DNA of 64,000 nt from an uncultured Bacillales bacterium (GTDB lineage: Bacteria; Bacillota_I; Bacilli_A; RF39; UBA660): positions 309,584 through 373,583 of the forward strand of contig CAMNEE010000002.1 in the NCBI GenBank assembly GCA_946536225.1. The letters run 5' to 3'. The position numbers and the translations under genes were made by a program. Shown here in pieces: positions 59,795-64,000 of the stretch. The notes below the pieces were generated by a model. It made no database searches, was not told the DNA's origin, and saw only the letters and a program-made list of their open reading frames with translations. Position 1 is the first letter of the stretch; every line of letters starts with the position of its first letter.

Positions 59795-61231
59795 ATGAAT
59801 ATAAGAAAATTGTTATATCCTATTTTAATATTAGTTATATTATTACTTGATTCATTTCTTTTATATAATCTTTTTAAACCAAAAGTAAGTTTAGAACTAG
59901 TCGGTACTAGTATTTCGAATGTAGATGTATATTCATCTTCTTATGAAGATGAGGGAGTACGTTTATTACGTGGAGAAGAAGAGGTTAATAAGAAAGACTA
60001 TAAAATAACAGCAACAGATGATATTGATTTAAATCATCTTGGAAAATATACCCAAAAGTATAAAGTTACTTATAATGATAAGAACTACGAGATAGAAAGA
60101 ACTATAAATGTAGTTGATTCTGTTAGTCCAGTTATAGAAACACCAACAGACGTTGTTTATAACTATTATTGTAATAGTAATTTAAATGATTCTATATCTT
60201 ATATAGCATATGATAATTATGATGGTATTATTTCTGATAAAGTAATAGTTAATAAAGAAGCTGATAAAGTTACTTTATACGTAGAAGACTCTTCCAAAAA
60301 TAGTTTTACTAAAACACTTTTATATGAGTTAAAAGAAAAAGCTCCTCCTGTTATTACTTTAAATGGTTCATCTACAATCTATATTAAAAACGGAAGTAGT
60401 TATACTGAAGAAGGAGCTAATATTAAAGATGGATGTGGAAGAGTACTTGATAATAGCTTGATTGCTATCGAAGGAAGCGTTGATACTTCCAAAAATGGGA
60501 CATATGAAATAAAGTATTCAGCAACATACGATGATATGTCCGCGTCTATTACTAGAAAAGTTATAGTTTATACACCTTCATCATCTTCAAGAACAACTTA
60601 TGATGGAACTGGTAAAACTGTTTATTTAACATTTGATGATGGGCCATGTGCATATACTATGGAGTTCTTAAATATTCTAGATAGATATAATGCTAAAGCA
60701 ACGTTCTTTGTTACTAATCAATTTCCTAATTATGCTTATATGATTGGAGAAGAAGCAAGAAGAGGACATAGTATAGCAGTTCATTCTTATACTCATAGTT
60801 ATAAAACAGTTTATTCTAGTATAGAAAACTATGTTAAAGACTTTAATGATATGAATGGTATAATAGAAGCCCAAACTGGTTCAAAATCAAATATGTTTAG
60901 ATTCCCAGGAGGTTCTTCTAATACAATTTCAAGAAACTATTCAAAAGGTATAATGAGATCCCTTGCATCTTATATGCAAAATCTTGGATATGAGTATTAT
61001 GATTGGAATGTTTCAAGTGGAGATGCTGCAGGATATGGAACAGATAGAATTGTAACTGAAGTTATAAATGGAGTACATAGAACTAATAATCCTGTGGTAC
61101 TTATGCATGATATACATAAAACTACATTAAATGCACTTCCAAGAATTCTTGAAACACTTTCATCTGAAGGTTATACATTTAAAGGTCTTGATTTAAATAG
61201 TCCAAAAGCACATCATGGATTTAATAATTAA
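59795..61231 (+). CDS. Polysaccharide deacetylase (NodB/CE4) with N-terminal Ig-like repeats
   Basis: A TM anchor is followed by two ~90-aa Ig-like (DUF5011-type, SPVI/PPVI) modules. The NodB motifs are TVYLTFDDGP, HSYTHSY and VVLMHD. Confidence 0.8.
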   Translation: MNIRKLLYPILILVILLLDSFLLYNLFKPKVSLELVGTSISNVDVYSSSYEDEGVRLLRGEEEVNKKDYKITATDDIDLNHLGKYTQKYKVTYNDKNYEIERTINVVDSVSPVIETPTDVVYNYYCNSNLNDSISYIAYDNYDGIISDKVIVNKEADKVTLYVEDSSKNSFTKTLLYELKEKAPPVITLNGSSTIYIKNGSSYTEEGANIKDGCGRVLDNSLIAIEGSVDTSKNGTYEIKYSATYDDMSASITRKVIVYTPSSSSRTTYDGTGKTVYLTFDDGPCAYTMEFLNILDRYNAKATFFVTNQFPNYAYMIGEEARRGHSIAVHSYTHSYKTVYSSIENYVKDFNDMNGIIEAQTGSKSNMFRFPGGSSNTISRNYSKGIMRSLASYMQNLGYEYYDWNVSSGDAAGYGTDRIVTEVINGVHRTNNPVVLMHDIHKTTLNALPRILETLSSEGYTFKGLDLNSPKAHHGFNN

Positions 61232-61289
61232 AAGAATAAATTAATTTTTATTCTTTTTTTGTGATATACTTTTTGTATAAGGAGATAAT

Positions 61290-62183
61290 ATGAAAACAGA
61301 TAAAAATATATTAATAGCATTTCTTTTAAATATATCATTTTCTATTCTAGAGTTTGTAGGTGGAATAATCACTGGCTCTATTGCAATTATATCTGATGCC
61401 GTTCATGATTTAGGTGATGCATCATCAATTGGAATTTCATACTTTTTAGAAAAGAAGAGTAAGAAAAAAGCCGATAAAAAATACACATATGGATATTTAA
61501 GATACTCTGTATTAGGTGGAGTAATAACGACTACTATATTATTAGTTGGTTCTGTATTTGTAATTGTAGGTGCAACTAATAGATTATTTAATCCAACTGA
61601 TATTAGATACGATGGAATGATTATATTCGCTGTATTTGGTGTTGTACTTAACTTCCTTGCTGCATATGTTACTAAAGATGGAGATTCAATTAATCAAAAA
61701 GCTGTTAACTTACATATGTTAGAAGATGTACTTGGCTGGATAGTAGTACTAATTGGTGCAATTATCATGAGATTTACAGATATTAAAGTAATAGATTCAA
61801 TCATGAGTATAGGTGTTGCCTTATTTATTCTAATTAACTCATTAAAGAACTTAAATGAAATATTAAATTTATTCTTGGGTAAGACACCACCTGAAATAGA
61901 TATTGATGAAGTAAGAAATCATTTACTTGAGATTAAAGGTGTAGATGATATTCATCATATTCATATTTGGAGTATAGATGGAGTTAACAACTGTGCAACA
62001 ATGCATATAGTAACTAAGAGTAAAGATATATCTAAGATTAAACATGAAATAAGAGAAGAACTAGAAGAACATAATGTTACTCACGCAATTCTAGAAACTG
62101 AAAGTGAAATGTGTGATGATGTTGAATGTAATATTTCAAGTAAAGTTTCAACTACAACACATCATCATCACCATCATCATTAA
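61290..62183 (+). CDS. Cation diffusion facilitator (Zn/Co/Cd efflux, CzcD/ZitB-like)
   Basis: It has six TM helices, SDAVHDLGD and HMLEDVLGW metal-site motifs, a cytoplasmic CTD and a natural His-rich tail (TTHHHHHHH). Confidence 0.85.
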   Translation: MKTDKNILIAFLLNISFSILEFVGGIITGSIAIISDAVHDLGDASSIGISYFLEKKSKKKADKKYTYGYLRYSVLGGVITTTILLVGSVFVIVGATNRLFNPTDIRYDGMIIFAVFGVVLNFLAAYVTKDGDSINQKAVNLHMLEDVLGWIVVLIGAIIMRFTDIKVIDSIMSIGVALFILINSLKNLNEILNLFLGKTPPEIDIDEVRNHLLEIKGVDDIHHIHIWSIDGVNNCATMHIVTKSKDISKIKHEIREELEEHNVTHAILETESEMCDDVECNISSKVSTTTHHHHHHH

Positions 62184-62220
62184 TTAGTATTATTTAATAG
62201 TCTATAAAATTATATTAGTA

Positions 62221-62250
62221 AAAAAGAAATAAAATATTATTTCTTTTTTT
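62221..62250 (+). terminator. Terminator after the CDF gene
   Basis: aaaaagaaataa/aata/ttatttcttttt is T-rich on the 3' side. Confidence 0.65.
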
Positions 62251-62308
62251 CTTCTTAGTAATATTTTATGTTATACTAAAATAGTGTTAGAAAGGAAGAT
62301 GATGTTAT

Positions 62309-64000
62309 ATGCATAAATATGTATATTTATTTAGTGAAGGTAACGCAAATATGCGTGAACTTTTAGGTGGTAAAGGTGCCAACCTTGCGGAAATGACTAA
62401 CATTGGTTTACCAGTTCCTCAAGGCTTCACAATTACTACTGAAGCATGTACTCAATACTATGAGGATGGAAGAGAAATTAATAGTTCTATTCAAGCAGAA
62501 ATTGAGGAATATATAGGTAAACTAGAAAGTATTACTGGAAAGAAATTTGGAGATAGTGAAAATCCTCTTTTAGTATCAGTTAGAAGTGGCGCTAGAGCAA
62601 GTATGCCAGGTATGATGGATACAATTTTAAACTTAGGTTTAAATGAAACTGTAGTAGAAGTACTAGCAGAAAAATCAGGTAATCCAAGATGGGCATGGGA
62701 TTGCTATAGAAGATTCATTCAAATGTATTCTGACGTAGTTATGGAAGTTGGAAAGAAATACTTTGAAGAGTTAATAGATAAAATGAAAGAAAAACGTGGA
62801 GTTAAACAAGACGTTGAGTTAACTGCTGATGATTTAAAAGAATTAGCTAATGAATTTAAAGCAGAATATAAAGTTAAGATAGGAACTGATTTCCCAAGTG
62901 ATCCTAAAGAACAACTAATGGGTGCTATTAAAGCTGTATTCCGTTCATGGGATAACCCAAGAGCAAACGTTTATAGAAGAGACAATGATATTCCTTATTC
63001 ATGGGGAACAGCTGTAAACGTTCAATCAATGGCGTTTGGTAATATGGGAGATGACTGTGGTACAGGTGTTGCATTTACAAGAGACCCTGCTACAGGAGAA
63101 AAAGGCTTATTTGGTGAATTCTTAACAAATGCACAAGGTGAAGACGTTGTTGCTGGTGTAAGAACTCCAATGAAGATTGCTGAAATGGAAGAAAAATTCC
63201 CTCAAGCATTTGAAGAATTTAAAAATGTTTGTAAGACACTTGAATCTCATTATAGAGATATGCAAGATATGGAATTTACTGTTGAACATGGTAAACTTTA
63301 TATGTTACAAACAAGAAATGGAAAACGCACTGCTCAAGCTGCACTTAAGATTGCTTGTGATTTAGTTGATGAAGGAATGCGTAGTGAAGAAGAAGCAGTA
63401 TTAATGATTGATCCAAGAAACTTAGATACATTATTACATCCACAATTTGATGTAGAAGCACTTAAATCTACAGAAGCTATTGGTAAAGGTTTAGGAGCAT
63501 CTCCTGGAGCTGCTTGTGGACAAATCGTATTTACTGCAGATGATGCAGAAAAATGGGCAAATAATGGCAAGAAGGTTATCTTAGTTAGACTTGAAACTTC
63601 TCCTGAAGATATTACAGGAATGAAGGCTGCACAAGGTATTTTAACTGTTCGTGGTGGAATGACTAGTCATGCTGCAGTTGTTGCTCGTGGAATGGGTGAA
63701 TGTTGTGTATCTGGATGTGGTGATATCGTTATGGATGAGGCTAATAAACAATTTACATTATCTGGTAAAACGTTCCATGAAGGAGACGTTATTTCAATTG
63801 ACGGATCAACTGGTAAGATTTACGATGGTGAAATTAAAACTGTTGATGCAACAATTGCTGGTGAATTTGGCCGTGTAATGGAATGGGCTGATAAATATAG
63901 AACACTTGGTGTTAGAACAAACGCTGATACTCCTAAAGATACTGCTAAGGCTATTGAACTTGGAGCAGAAGGAATCGGACTTTGTAGAACTGAACACATG
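62309..64000 (+). CDS. ppdK: Pyruvate, phosphate dikinase, N-terminal 564 codons (3' end outside the window); absent from the supplied ORF track
   Basis: My own translation from ATG 62309 reads MHKYVYLFSEGNANMRELLGGKGANLAEMTNIGLPVPQGFTITTEAC...GMTSHAAVVARGMGECCVSGCG (phospho-His motif)...GIGLCRTEHM. The frame is uninterrupted to position 64000. Confidence 0.95.
   Translation, partial: MHKYVYLFSEGNANMRELLGGKGANLAEMTNIGLPVPQGFTITTEACTQYYEDGREINSSIQAEIEEYIGKLESITGKKFGDSENPLLVSVRSGARASMPGMMDTILNLGLNETVVEVLAEKSGNPRWAWDCYRRFIQMYSDVVMEVGKKYFEELIDKMKEKRGVKQDVELTADDLKELANEFKAEYKVKIGTDFPSDPKEQLMGAIKAVFRSWDNPRANVYRRDNDIPYSWGTAVNVQSMAFGNMGDDCGTGVAFTRDPATGEKGLFGEFLTNAQGEDVVAGVRTPMKIAEMEEKFPQAFEEFKNVCKTLESHYRDMQDMEFTVEHGKLYMLQTRNGKRTAQAALKIACDLVDEGMRSEEEAVLMIDPRNLDTLLHPQFDVEALKSTEAIGKGLGASPGAACGQIVFTADDAEKWANNGKKVILVRLETSPEDITGMKAAQGILTVRGGMTSHAAVVARGMGECCVSGCGDIVMDEANKQFTLSGKTFHEGDVISIDGSTGKIYDGEIKTVDATIAGEFGRVMEWADKYRTLGVRTNADTPKDTAKAIELGAEGIGLCRTEHM

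Noticed and set aside
62160-62183. A run of seven His codons at the end of the CDF transporter, which looks like an engineered His-tag.
   Set aside because: The codons alternate cat/cac in a native context (..STTTHHHHHHH-stop). The run follows directly from the CDF cytoplasmic domain. His-rich tails are common natural metal-binding features of CDF transporters. There is no vector or linker sequence around it.
63177-63997. Four short ORFs listed in the track at the right end: 63177-63365, 63334-63570, 63669-63878 and 63806-63997.
   Set aside because: All lie in alternative frames or on the opposite strand of the clearly coding ppdK frame (62309-64000). They have no motifs.
1-64000. Alternative genetic code (UGA as Trp or Gly), as in Mollicutes or some candidate phyla, considered because of the very low GC.
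   Set aside because: Well-conserved genes end at TGA at the expected length: tdk at 13128-13130, and the metallophosphoesterase at 58884-58886. All conserved proteins translate at full length with the standard code and no in-frame TGA.
1-64000. rRNA, tRNA, tmRNA, CRISPR arrays, IS elements, group II introns and toxin-antitoxin pairs.
   Set aside because: Every intergenic gap is 280 nt or shorter, and each is accounted for by promoters, leaders or terminators. I recognised no cloverleaf-like or repeat-spacer structure, and no transposase or reverse-transcriptase motif in any ORF. This was a visual scan only, so tRNAscan, Infernal and ISfinder searches would be definitive.

Overview
This window is an AT-rich chromosomal segment, roughly 30% G+C by eye (not computed). 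It uses the standard genetic code, since TGA, TAA and TAG all end recognisable genes. The source looks like a low-GC Gram-positive (Bacillota-like) organism: it has a sortase, an mDAP-type MurE, FtsEX, a Cheo-type SOS box and an L20-leader attenuator. There are about 70 credible genes. All but two (a CaCA exchanger and mgtE) lie on the + strand, tightly packed, with many extended -10 promoters (TGnTATAAT) and textbook hairpin plus T-tract terminators. I saw no rRNA, tRNA, CRISPR array, IS/transposase, integrase, relaxase or phage structural gene.

Core content, in order: murE (3' part), a LexA-box-controlled Y-family polymerase with a YolD-like partner, mgtE, cmk, rpoZ, infC-rpmI-rplT, tdk-tmk, rmuC, ftsE-ftsX-M23 hydrolase, cdsA, rseP, parE, xseAB, thiI, two acetate kinases, nrnA, fmt, rimP(short)-nusA-ylxR-infB-rbfA, truB, a polysaccharide deacetylase, a CDF transporter and ppdK. 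ppdK (62309 to the window end) is open at the 3' end and is missing from the supplied ORF track.

The stand-out region is 13.9-27.7 kb, an 11-ORF single-strand operon with its own promoter-like box and a strong terminator. It encodes the full core of a Gram-positive-type type IV secretion channel: a VirB6/TcpH-like giant membrane protein, a PrgI/VirB3-like protein, a VirB4 ATPase split into two coupled ORFs, a secreted M23 + GH73-like wall hydrolase, an M15 peptidase with a long low-complexity arm, three small bitopic proteins, and a VirD4/TraG coupling ATPase with a long disordered tail. There is no relaxase, integrase, replication gene or recognisable element border, and core genes flank it directly. 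I read it as a chromosomally fixed T4SS that may serve something other than self-transfer. This is an inference and needs HMM and synteny checks.

Secondary oddities:
- An orphan 440-aa prepilin-like gene and an HTH-metallophosphoesterase gene are inserted between rbfA and truB.
- A kinase-less Hpt + receiver pair sits next to a paralogous wHTH-metallophosphoesterase-coiled-coil protein.
- Ribosomal protein L20 carries a Rho_N/SAP-like C-terminal extension.
- infC apparently initiates at AUA.
- The class B sortase homologue has no Arg downstream of its catalytic Cys.
- RimP is truncated.
- ParE has Thr at the quinolone-resistance Asp position.
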